DNA from: Nocardioidaceae bacterium
Lineage (GTDB): Bacteria; Actinomycetota; Actinomycetes; Propionibacteriales; Nocardioidaceae
Direction of reading: 5' to 3'
NCBI GenBank assembly: GCA_030655315.1
Contig: JAURVT010000053.1
Span: forward strand, 11,917 to 35,916
DNA: 24,000 nt
Below are positions 15,840 through 22,412 of the stretch, in pieces (the first letter of the stretch is position 1; each line of letters opens with the position of its first letter). Position numbers and translations under genes: made by a program. The notes under the pieces were generated by a model. The model did not search any database and was not told where the DNA came from. It worked only from the letters and a program-made list of their open reading frames with translations.

Positions 15840-17014
15840 TGTTCCTCCCGGTGACCGAGCGTCGGAACCCGGCCCTGGTGGACGCCGCACTCGACCTCCA
15901 CGCCGCCGGGGAGATCGAGGCCGACACCTACGTCGTCGACCTCGACACCGTCGACGCCAACGCCCGGGCGCTGGCCGAGACGGCCGCCGCGTCGGACGTC
16001 GGGCTGTGGTTCGTGGCCAAGCAGTACGGACGGAACCCGCTCGTGACCGCGGCGGTCGCCGCCCACGTGCCGGCCGCCGCCGCGATCGACGTCCGGGAGG
16101 TCGACGGCCTGGTGACGGCGGGCGCGCGCGTCGGCAACGTCGGCCACATCACCCAGGTGCCGGTGCGTCGCCTGCCCGGCGTCCTGCGCCACGAGCCCGA
16201 CTTCGTCACCGTCTTCGACCGCGGCAACCTCGAGGCGGTGGCGGCCGCGTCCGAGGACGTCGGTCGGGTGCAGCGGGTGCTGCTCAAGATCGCGAGCGAT
16301 CCCGCCGGCGTCTACCCCGGTCAGGAGGGCGGGTTCGAGGTGGCGGACGTGCGGGGCGTCCTCGAGCACGCCGACGCGCTGCCCGGCGTCGACGTCGTCG
16401 GCGTGACGGGGTTCCCGTGCCTCCTGCTCGACCCGACGATCGGCAGGCCGGTCGGAACCGCGACGCTCGACCGCGTCCTGGCCGCCGCGGAGGTCCTGCG
16501 GGACGCGGGCATCACCCCCGAGATCAGCCTGCCGAGCCACAGCAGCGTCTCGACGATCCCGGTGGTGGCGGGCCTCGGCGGCACCTGGGCCGAGCCCGGC
16601 CACGCGCTGACGGGCACGACGCCCGAGCACGTCCTGCGCGACGACCTGCGGGAGGTGCCGGCCCTGGTCTACGTGTCGGAGGTGGCGCAGCTCGGGGGGA
16701 GCACGAGCGTGTTCGGCGGCGGGTTCTACCCGCGGGGTCGGGCCGAGTCGGTGCTCGTCGCGTGCGCGGACGGCCGGAGGCGGGGCCGGCTGCTCGACGC
16801 CCCCGCCGAGAACATCGACTACTACCGCCGGTTCACCTGGACCGGTGACGGGCCGGCCGCCCGGGTGGGCGACCCCGCCGTGATGGCCTTCCGGACCCAG
16901 GTGTTCGTCACCCGCTCGCGGGTGGCCGTCGTGTCCGGCGTGTCGTCCGGACGTCCGGTGGTGCGGGGCCTGTTCGACAGCCAGGGACGCCGGCTGGACG
17001 GCGAGCCCGGGTGA
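15839..17014 (+). CDS. yhfX: YhfX-like fold-type-III PLP enzyme (alanine-racemase N-terminal domain family)
   Basis: 391 aa. The start overlaps the yhfS stop by 1 nt (TGATG). LWFVAKQYGRNP holds a candidate PLP lysine in a racemase-like VxK context. The TIM-barrel-like region is followed by a C-terminal beta domain. Confidence 0.7.
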   Translation: MFLPVTERRNPALVDAALDLHAAGEIEADTYVVDLDTVDANARALAETAAASDVGLWFVAKQYGRNPLVTAAVAAHVPAAAAIDVREVDGLVTAGARVGNVGHITQVPVRRLPGVLRHEPDFVTVFDRGNLEAVAAASEDVGRVQRVLLKIASDPAGVYPGQEGGFEVADVRGVLEHADALPGVDVVGVTGFPCLLLDPTIGRPVGTATLDRVLAAAEVLRDAGITPEISLPSHSSVSTIPVVAGLGGTWAEPGHALTGTTPEHVLRDDLREVPALVYVSEVAQLGGSTSVFGGGFYPRGRAESVLVACADGRRRGRLLDAPAENIDYYRRFTWTGDGPAARVGDPAVMAFRTQVFVTRSRVAVVSGVSSGRPVVRGLFDSQGRRLDGEPG

Positions 17015-18231
17015 GCGCCACCGTCCTCGTCCTCGACGGCTTCGGCGTGGGGGCGATGCCCGACGCAGGCGCGCTCCGGCCGTCCGACGCCGGGGCCGAC
17101 ACCCTCGGCCACCTCGTGCGCTGGTGCGCCGACGAGCGAGGCGAGCCCCTGCGCGTCCCGCACCTGGCGTCCTGCGGGCTCGACGCGCTGCGTCCCGACC
17201 TGCGGCTCGACACCACGGGCGGGGCGGCGGTGCGGGCCGTGGCCCGGCGGGCGGCCCTGGGGTATCCCGGCGCCGACAGCTTCGCCGGTCACCAGACGAT
17301 GATGGGGGCGGACCTGTCGCACGTGGCGCTGAGCCGGGTGGGGGAGTGTCTGGACGAGGTGGTGGACGCGCTCGAGCGGGCGGGGCACCGGTGCCGGTTG
17401 CTCGACGGCCGTCCGCTCGTCGTCGTCGACGACCACCTGCTCCTGCACGACAACCTCGAGGCCGACCCCGGCCTGAACTGGAACGTCTCGGCGAGCCTGG
17501 ACGAGGTGTCGTGGGAGGCGGTCGTCGACGTCGCCACCGTGGCGCGCCGGGTGGCACCGGTGGCGCGCGTGATCGCGGTCGGCGGGCACTCCCAGGCACC
17601 CCTGGTGCGGGCGGTCCGCGACGGCGCGGAGGGGACGGTCGGCCTCGACACCCCCGCGAGCGGCTTCTACCGCAACGGTGGTCTCCGGGTGCAGCACATG
17701 GGCGTCGCGATCGACCACGCCCAGCAGCTGCCCGAGCTGGCGGCCAGGTCGGGCCTGGGCGTCACGCTGCTCGGGAAGGCGGCCGACCTCCTGGTGACCG
17801 ACACCGAGGTGCACCGGGTGCCGGGGGTCGACACCACCGAGCTGCTGGCGGCCACCACGACCGCCGTCGCCGGCGGCGGGCTCGTCGTGGCCAACGTCCA
17901 GCAGACCGACCTCGCCGGGCACCAGCGCGACCCGGGTCGCTTCGCCGCCCTGCTGGAGGAGGTCGACGCCGCGATTCCGGCGATGCTGGCGCACCTCGCC
18001 CCGGCGGACCTGCTCGTCGTCACCGCCGACCACGGCAACGACCCCACCGCCGGCCACGCCTTCCACACCCGCGAGCACGCGCCGGTGCTGGCCGTCGTCC
18101 CCGGGCGGGGACCGGCCCGCGCGGCCACCGACCTGCCGACCCTGGCCGACGTCGGCGGAGGCGTCGCCCGCCATCTCGGGCTGGACGTCTCCCGCCTCGG
18201 CAACGGCCGCGGCGTCGTCCTGCTCGGCTGA
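17011..18231 (+). CDS. yhfW: YhfW-like phosphopentomutase/metalloenzyme-superfamily (alkaline-phosphatase fold) mutase
   Basis: 406 aa. GTGA overlap with yhfX. N-terminal VLVLDGFGVGAMPDA and C-terminal DLAGHQRD...LLVVTADHGNDPT...HTREHAP are the DeoB-type metal-binding motifs. Confidence 0.75.
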   Translation: MSATVLVLDGFGVGAMPDAGALRPSDAGADTLGHLVRWCADERGEPLRVPHLASCGLDALRPDLRLDTTGGAAVRAVARRAALGYPGADSFAGHQTMMGADLSHVALSRVGECLDEVVDALERAGHRCRLLDGRPLVVVDDHLLLHDNLEADPGLNWNVSASLDEVSWEAVVDVATVARRVAPVARVIAVGGHSQAPLVRAVRDGAEGTVGLDTPASGFYRNGGLRVQHMGVAIDHAQQLPELAARSGLGVTLLGKAADLLVTDTEVHRVPGVDTTELLAATTTAVAGGGLVVANVQQTDLAGHQRDPGRFAALLEEVDAAIPAMLAHLAPADLLVVTADHGNDPTAGHAFHTREHAPVLAVVPGRGPARAATDLPTLADVGGGVARHLGLDVSRLGNGRGVVLLG

Positions 18232-18262
18232 GCCGTGTGGCTCATGTCTCCCCGGTGCCGAT

Positions 18263-18292
18263 TTGGTGACGCGCAGGTGTACCGCGTACTGT
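18263..18292 (+). promoter_or_regulatory. Candidate promoter of the tRNA gene
   Basis: TTGGTG (18263-18268), 18-nt spacer, TACTGT (18287-18292), ending 12 nt upstream of the mature tRNA 5' end. Motif match only. Confidence 0.3.
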
Positions 18293-18304
18293 GGTGATCA
18301 CCGA

Positions 18305-18381
18305 CGCGGGGTGGAGCAGCTCGGTAGCTCGCTGGGCTCATAACCCAGAGGTCACAGGTTCAAATCCTGTCCCCGCTACCA
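18305..18381 (+). tRNA. Initiator tRNA-Met (tRNA-fMet, anticodon CAU) with encoded CCA
   Basis: 77-nt cloverleaf folded by hand. Acceptor CGCGGGG/CCCCGCT with a C1xU72 mismatch. D arm GAGC-AGCTCGGTA-GCTC. Anticodon stem CTGGG/CCCAG with three consecutive G:C pairs next to the loop CTCATAA. T arm ACAGG-TTCAAAT-CCTGT. Discriminator A followed by CCA. The 1:72 mismatch and the GGG/CCC anticodon stem are initiator hallmarks. Confidence 0.93.
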
Positions 18382-20179
18382 AGAATGATTCGTTAGAACC
18401 TCGGACCTTTGAAGGTCCGGGGTTCTTTCGTTCCCATGGGAGGGCGCCTCTGGGGCGTTCGAGGCCCAAGAATGCGCGCAGACGGTCGCCGGGCGTCGTC
18501 CTGGTGGACCGAGGCGCCAGGTCCTTTGACCCGTTCGAGTCACCCCTGTCGGCCGATTCGGTGACCTCTGGCATGAGGAATAGGTCACTGGTTCTAACGA
18601 GACGCTTCTGCTCACGTCGCCGCTCGTTGGCTAGATCATCGACCAGAGCCGGAGACATGAGCCTCTGGAAGGCACCGGTCAGGTCGCTGCCCACCACTTC
18701 GTCGTCGTCGATGTAGATGTGCTCGAAGACCCCTTGGTTCAGTTCGCGTCGGATCGTGTCGGAGGCGTTCGCGTAGTGCTCGTGGGCACTCGTCAATAAT
18801 TCGCAGCACTCCAGCAGCTTCTGTTGAAGCCGTTCGGTTGGGGTGGCGGCTTGCTTCAGCTTGTGTTCGGCCAGCGCTCGTCGCCCCGCGATGCGCTGCT
18901 GCTCGCTCTTCAGCTGATCTAGCGCGATGGCATCTGCGTAGTGAGCCTGCAGCAGCTTCTGGCTCTGACTCTCCAATTCTCGTAGTTCCCTCTCGGCTGC
19001 CATCCGCTCGGCCTCGACTTGTGGTGTCACTGTGTCGATGTGCTCGAGGACAAGCTCCCGGATTCGCTGTACTGAGGCGCGGCTCAAGGTGATCGTGCGC
19101 CAGTGGTCTTCCACCAGTTGCTCGACGAGGTGCACTTGGGTGGCGCGGAAGGTGCATCCGTTCTTCTGGCGTTGGCGGCCGAGGCAGTAGAAGTAGTCGT
19201 AGAGGTCGCCGCGGGCGTTGCGGCTCTTCTCGTAGGCGAGCGGTTCGCCGCATTGGCCGCAGTAGACGGACCCCTTGAGGTACACGCTGTGTACTCGGGG
19301 CTTCTCTCCGCTCTGGTGTCGGGCCTCCCGAATCTGTTGAACACGAGCGAACTGCTCCTCGGAGACGAGGGCTTCGTGCTTGCCCCGATATTCGACGCCG
19401 CCGTACACCACCACGCCCACGTAGTAGCGGTTCTTCAGGATGCTGTTGACGTGTGACGTGGCGATGGGTCGCGCCGGTCGGTTGGGTCGAGGAAGCGTCG
19501 TGACTCCGTACAGGTTGAGTTCGTCGCGAATGGACGCCGCGGTGGAGTTCCCCTCGGTGTACCGATCGAAGATCCAACGAACCCAGCGGGCGCGCTCAGG
19601 GTCGAGAACGACGGTGCGTACCTCTCGACCATCAGCGGTACGTTCGCGCGAGTTGAGGTAACCGAACGGAGCCATGCCTGGAGTGCCACCACCCTTGGCC
19701 TTCTGCAGCATGCCCTTCTTGGACTCCGTCGCGAGATTCTGGCTGTAGAACTCTGCGATCGAGCTCATGATCCCGTGCAAGAGCATGCCGCTGGGCGTCT
19801 CGTCGATGTTTTCCGAACAACTGACGAGCTGCGAGCCTGCCTGAGTGATCTGCAGATTGATCTCAACGTCATCGACACGGTTGCGTGCGAGGCGATCGAC
19901 CTTGTGGACGATGACGTACTTGACTCGGTGCTTAGCCACGTAATCCAGCATGTTCTTCAACTGGGGGCGGTTTGCCGAGCGTGCGCTCTCGCCAGCGTCG
20001 ACGAATTCACCGACGACTTGGGCTCCCAAGGCTTGGGCTTTGCGGAGGCAGCCGTCACGTTGCGCCGGGATCGAAAACCCTTCCACCTCGCCGCCGCGTC
20101 CGGCCTGCTCCTTGGTGCTCACACGGAGGTAGATCACTGCCATCGGCATGACGGTCATCTCCGGGGCCGGATTGCTCAT
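18338..20179 (-). CDS. Large serine recombinase (resolvase/invertase catalytic domain + recombinase domain + zinc ribbon + coiled coil)
   Basis: Start at ATG 20179 (MSNPAPEMTVMPMAVIYLRVSTKEQ...), preceded by AAGGAG and overlapping the ImmA stop (ATGA). Catalytic Ser lies in YLRVSTKEQ, followed by VIVHKVDRLARN. The recombinase domain has PFGY...VLDPERARWVRWIF, the zinc ribbon has CGQCGEPL...YFYCLGRQRQKNGC, and a coiled-coil segment follows. The track ORF (18338..20683) is extended 168 codons upstream through the ImmA gene, and I reject that extension. The last ~100 codons are unconserved-looking and run through the tRNA terminator into the tRNA antisense strand. Confidence 0.9.
   Translation of the reverse strand: MSNPAPEMTVMPMAVIYLRVSTKEQAGRGGEVEGFSIPAQRDGCLRKAQALGAQVVGEFVDAGESARSANRPQLKNMLDYVAKHRVKYVIVHKVDRLARNRVDDVEINLQITQAGSQLVSCSENIDETPSGMLLHGIMSSIAEFYSQNLATESKKGMLQKAKGGGTPGMAPFGYLNSRERTADGREVRTVVLDPERARWVRWIFDRYTEGNSTAASIRDELNLYGVTTLPRPNRPARPIATSHVNSILKNRYYVGVVVYGGVEYRGKHEALVSEEQFARVQQIREARHQSGEKPRVHSVYLKGSVYCGQCGEPLAYEKSRNARGDLYDYFYCLGRQRQKNGCTFRATQVHLVEQLVEDHWRTITLSRASVQRIRELVLEHIDTVTPQVEAERMAAERELRELESQSQKLLQAHYADAIALDQLKSEQQRIAGRRALAEHKLKQAATPTERLQQKLLECCELLTSAHEHYANASDTIRRELNQGVFEHIYIDDDEVVGSDLTGAFQRLMSPALVDDLANERRREQKRLVRTSDLFLMPEVTESADRGDSNGSKDLAPRSTRTTPGDRLRAFLGLERPRGALPWERKNPGPSKVRGSNESFLVAGTGFEPVTSGL
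18396..18432 (+). terminator. Intrinsic terminator downstream of the tRNA
   Basis: GAACC(T)CGGACC-TTTGAA-GGTCCG(G)GGTTC followed by TTTCGTT. This is a stem-loop plus T-rich tail, 15 nt after the CCA end. Confidence 0.7.
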
Positions 20180-20835
20180 GCATAGCTCCTTCGGTTGAGC
20201 CCGTTGCGGGCGTAACGGAATCGTTGAGGGCGAGATCGAGGGCCGCGGATAGGGCGAGCGCATCGGGGTGCGGGAAGTCGATCTACGTCGGTGTCGAGGC
20301 CGGTCTGTGCCAGTCGGACACGGATGGCTTGCTCGCTGACATGGAAGTGGGAGGCCAGCAGGGATGGTCGCTGTAAGCCGTTGCCCCACGCGCTCTTGAG
20401 CTCTCGCTTGCTCACGAGTGCGCAACCGGCGAAATAGTCGGCGGCGAGTTCGGCCTGCTCCTGTGCGCTCTTGGATCGGTTGGTTCGGTAGAGGCGCTGG
20501 ACTGAACCGTGGTCGATGATGTGCTTGAACTCGTGCAGCAGCGTGAAGCGCTGGCGAGCGGGAGCATCGTGGGAGGCGATCGCGATCAGCCACTCGGTGC
20601 CTGTCCAGTGGCTCATGCCGCTGACGGGCAGATCGGTCTCGAAGACGACGCGGACGCGGGGGAGCCCATCGATGTGGTGCCACCGGATGCCGTCGCTGTG
20701 ATCCTCAACCAGAAGTTCAGCGACTCGCGTTGCCTGTCGCTCGGCAACCACCAGGGCTTCCCCGAACGTGCAGTCGCGGGCTGGGATGAGCGAACGGAGG
20801 CGCTTCAGGATAGATGGTGATGTTGATTGATTCAT
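20176..20835 (-). CDS. ImmA/IrrE-family HEXXH metallopeptidase
   Basis: 219 aa. Motif FTLLHEFKHIIDH (HEXXH), with a downstream EQAELAADYFAGCALV (E..AN.FA-like) motif typical of ImmA/IrrE. AAGGAGG lies 6 nt upstream of the ATG. The gene sits immediately downstream of an XRE HTH gene. Confidence 0.85.
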   Translation of the reverse strand: MNQSTSPSILKRLRSLIPARDCTFGEALVVAERQATRVAELLVEDHSDGIRWHHIDGLPRVRVVFETDLPVSGMSHWTGTEWLIAIASHDAPARQRFTLLHEFKHIIDHGSVQRLYRTNRSKSAQEQAELAADYFAGCALVSKRELKSAWGNGLQRPSLLASHFHVSEQAIRVRLAQTGLDTDVDRLPAPRCARPIRGPRSRPQRFRYARNGLNRRSYA

Positions 20836-20865
20836 GGTGCGCCTCCTTTCAGTGTGGCTGGTGTG

Positions 20866-21249
20866 TTATTCGTCTTCGCCGGGATTTGGTCCGGCTTCCG
20901 ACATGCCGTAGCGCTCAGCAATGCGCGTGAACGAAGCTGCGAGCTCGGATTGCGCTTCGGGGGGGAGCTGGGAATATTTGCTCCGGAGGTATGGGCTGAA
21001 GGTCGGCAATCCCTGAGCAGGTACATAGCCGGCTGCTGTGTAGAGGTCGATTAGCTCTACGTCCAGAGTGGACGCGAGCGAATTGAGGACGTGGGGGTTC
21101 GGAGATGCGACGTTGTCCTGCTCCATGTTGCCCAGCAGAGACTTCGAGATCCCTGTCTCCGCCTCAACTTCGCGCAAACTCAATCCCGCAGCTTCTCGTG
21201 CTCGTTTGAGAAGTTGTCCGAATGTGGTTGCTGTCGATTCGTCGGTCAT
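20866..21249 (-). CDS. XRE-family helix-turn-helix transcriptional regulator (ImmR-like)
   Basis: FGQLLKRAREAAGLSLREVEAETGISKSLLGNMEQD is a classic Cro/C1 HTH. The start is either ATG 21249 (MTDESTATT...) or ATG 21276, which gives 9 extra AT-rich codons. I prefer 21249 but cannot decide. Confidence 0.85.
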   Translation of the reverse strand: MTDESTATTFGQLLKRAREAAGLSLREVEAETGISKSLLGNMEQDNVASPNPHVLNSLASTLDVELIDLYTAAGYVPAQGLPTFSPYLRSKYSQLPPEAQSELAASFTRIAERYGMSEAGPNPGEDE

Positions 21250-21368
21250 GTGATTAGGTAGTCCATATTTATTCAATCGTCTATATCTATTCTAATTCAT
21301 TTGTCCCAATTTGGGGACAGGAAATCCAATTCCACAACACAGAGCATTTCTCGATAAGTTGTAGTTGT

Positions 21369-21410
21369 GGGGCGGGAGTCGAACGGCAGAACGCCGCCCA
21401 ACTCCCGCCC
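21369..21410 (-). terminator. Strong GC-rich hairpin after the RHH gene (probable terminator separating two operons)
   Basis: GGGCGGGAGT-(22 nt with an inner GGC/GCC pairing)-ACTCCCGCCC is a perfect 10-bp outer stem, 15 nt downstream of the RHH stop on the minus strand. There is no U-tract. Confidence 0.5.
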
Positions 21411-21424
21411 TGGTGGAGGTGCTG

Positions 21425-21688
21425 TCAGCTGCTCTTGGCTCGCCCGCGAGCGGCAGGCTTGGTGCCGAAGAGTTGCGCGATAGCTGCATGCTGCTCGGCG
21501 GCCTCACGCTCGATCGTGGCGGTGAGCTCCTCGGCCTTGGCCGAGAGCTCGGGGTTGGTCGCCATCGAGTCGAGTTGCCGCTCAACCGCGGAACGGATGA
21601 CGTCCGTCACCGATTCGCCACTGAGCTTCGCCAGGATGTTGAGTCGAGCATGCTGCTCGTCTTCCAGCCGGATTGCCAGAGTCTTCAT
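21425..21688 (-). CDS. Ribbon-helix-helix (CopG/Arc/MetJ-like) DNA-binding protein
   Basis: MKTLAIRLEDEQHARLNILAKLSGESVTDVIRSAVERQL shows the beta-strand/helix/helix RHH pattern (hydrophobic-polar alternation, then two helices). Alternative start is ATG 21700 (MQVVMK...), directly abutting GAGAGGAG. The track ORF 21425..22408 is over-extended through the ArdA gene. Confidence 0.6.
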   Translation of the reverse strand: MKTLAIRLEDEQHARLNILAKLSGESVTDVIRSAVERQLDSMATNPELSAKAEELTATIEREAAEQHAAIAQLFGTKPAARGRAKSS

Positions 21689-21836
21689 GACTACTTGCAT
21701 CTCCTCTCTGAGGGACTGCCTCGCCGCACTGCCATGGCCACGCGGCCATAACCGGCGAGCCACCTCCTCGGGGTGGTGCAGCCGTACTCTCGAATGAGAG
21801 CTGAGGACGACTGCAGGCTCCCGAGGAGCTGGTGTC

Positions 21837-22412
21837 CTAGATTGAACGGAAGACCCAGACGCCGCCGTCGTCGGCGTCTTCGACCGCGACGTCGCCGCTG
21901 ATCTGCGCGTCCCGTGCCCACCCCTCGTAGTCGATCTGGACGTAGCCGCGAAGGGCCGCTGGCACTGCTTCGTCGAGCTGCTTCTCCAAGTCGAGGTCGC
22001 CGATGGTTTCTCGTGCCCAGTCCTCGCCGCTGGTGAAGTGACCCATGTAGGCGTCGCTGAATCCGTCGAGGAAATCAGGTGTTCCATCGTGGAGGTATGC
22101 GAAGGCAGCGAAAGCCGGACCGTGCTCCGCGATGCCGCGTGCCACTCTTGCGACGTGGTCAAGAGGTTCGTACTCGTCAGGCCGGTAGCTTCCGAATTCG
22201 TCGTAGTCGAAGATGGCGAACTCCTCCGCCCCAGGGTCGGGACTGGCAGCCAGAATGGCGCGGACGGATTCGTTGAGCGTGTCGGTGTCGACGGCGGCAT
22301 CGATCCACTCGCCGTGAAGCCGTCCAGCGTTGTAATCGGAGAGGCTGCCGACCCAGATCCGCGGCCGTAGCCTGGGTTCGTGTTCGTGTTCGTGTGGTTG
22401 TTGTTCATGCAT
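21837..22412 (-). CDS. ardA: ArdA anti-restriction protein (type I R-M inhibitor, DNA mimic)
   Basis: 191 aa, very acidic. RIWVGSLSDYNAGRLHGEWIDA, EEFAIFDYDEFG and YVQIDYEGWARDAQISGDVAVE...GVWVFR align by eye with Tn916 Orf18/ArdA (YIANLGKYNEGELVGAWF, EEYAIHDYE, YIDYQAYGRDLDLSG...). AAAGGAGG RBS. The start overlaps the methyltransferase stop by 8 nt. Confidence 0.9.
   Translation of the reverse strand: MHEQQPHEHEHEPRLRPRIWVGSLSDYNAGRLHGEWIDAAVDTDTLNESVRAILAASPDPGAEEFAIFDYDEFGSYRPDEYEPLDHVARVARGIAEHGPAFAAFAYLHDGTPDFLDGFSDAYMGHFTSGEDWARETIGDLDLEKQLDEAVPAALRGYVQIDYEGWARDAQISGDVAVEDADDGGVWVFRSI

Noticed and set aside
20180-20683. N-terminal extensions of track ORFs in the mobile element: 18338..20683, 21425..22408, 21837..23162 and 22405..23664.
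   Set aside because: The extensions read through the upstream neighbouring genes in another frame and are Arg/Pro/Ser-rich. Internal ATGs at 20179, 21688, 22412 and 23460 are preceded by good Shine-Dalgarno sequences. They open directly onto the conserved N-termini of the recombinase, RHH, ArdA and methyltransferase.
21313-21322. A 10-nt match (TCCTGTCCCC) to the tRNA-fMet T-arm/acceptor 3' region (18365-18374), considered as a possible att direct repeat.
   Set aside because: It lies on the opposite strand, so it is inverted rather than direct. It sits inside the element's regulatory region instead of at an end. A single 10-mer match across both strands of 24 kb is only marginally unexpected. 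It is better explained as part of the local TGTCCC/GGGACA palindrome.
21366-21412. TGGGGCGGGAGTCGAAC..., which resembles the reverse complement of a tRNA 3' end (TGG + acceptor + T-arm GTTCGAA-like), considered as a tRNA or tRNA fragment on the minus strand.
   Set aside because: No cloverleaf can be folded. The sequence forms one simple long hairpin (GGGCGGGAGT/ACTCCCGCCC) directly after the RHH stop, consistent with a terminator.
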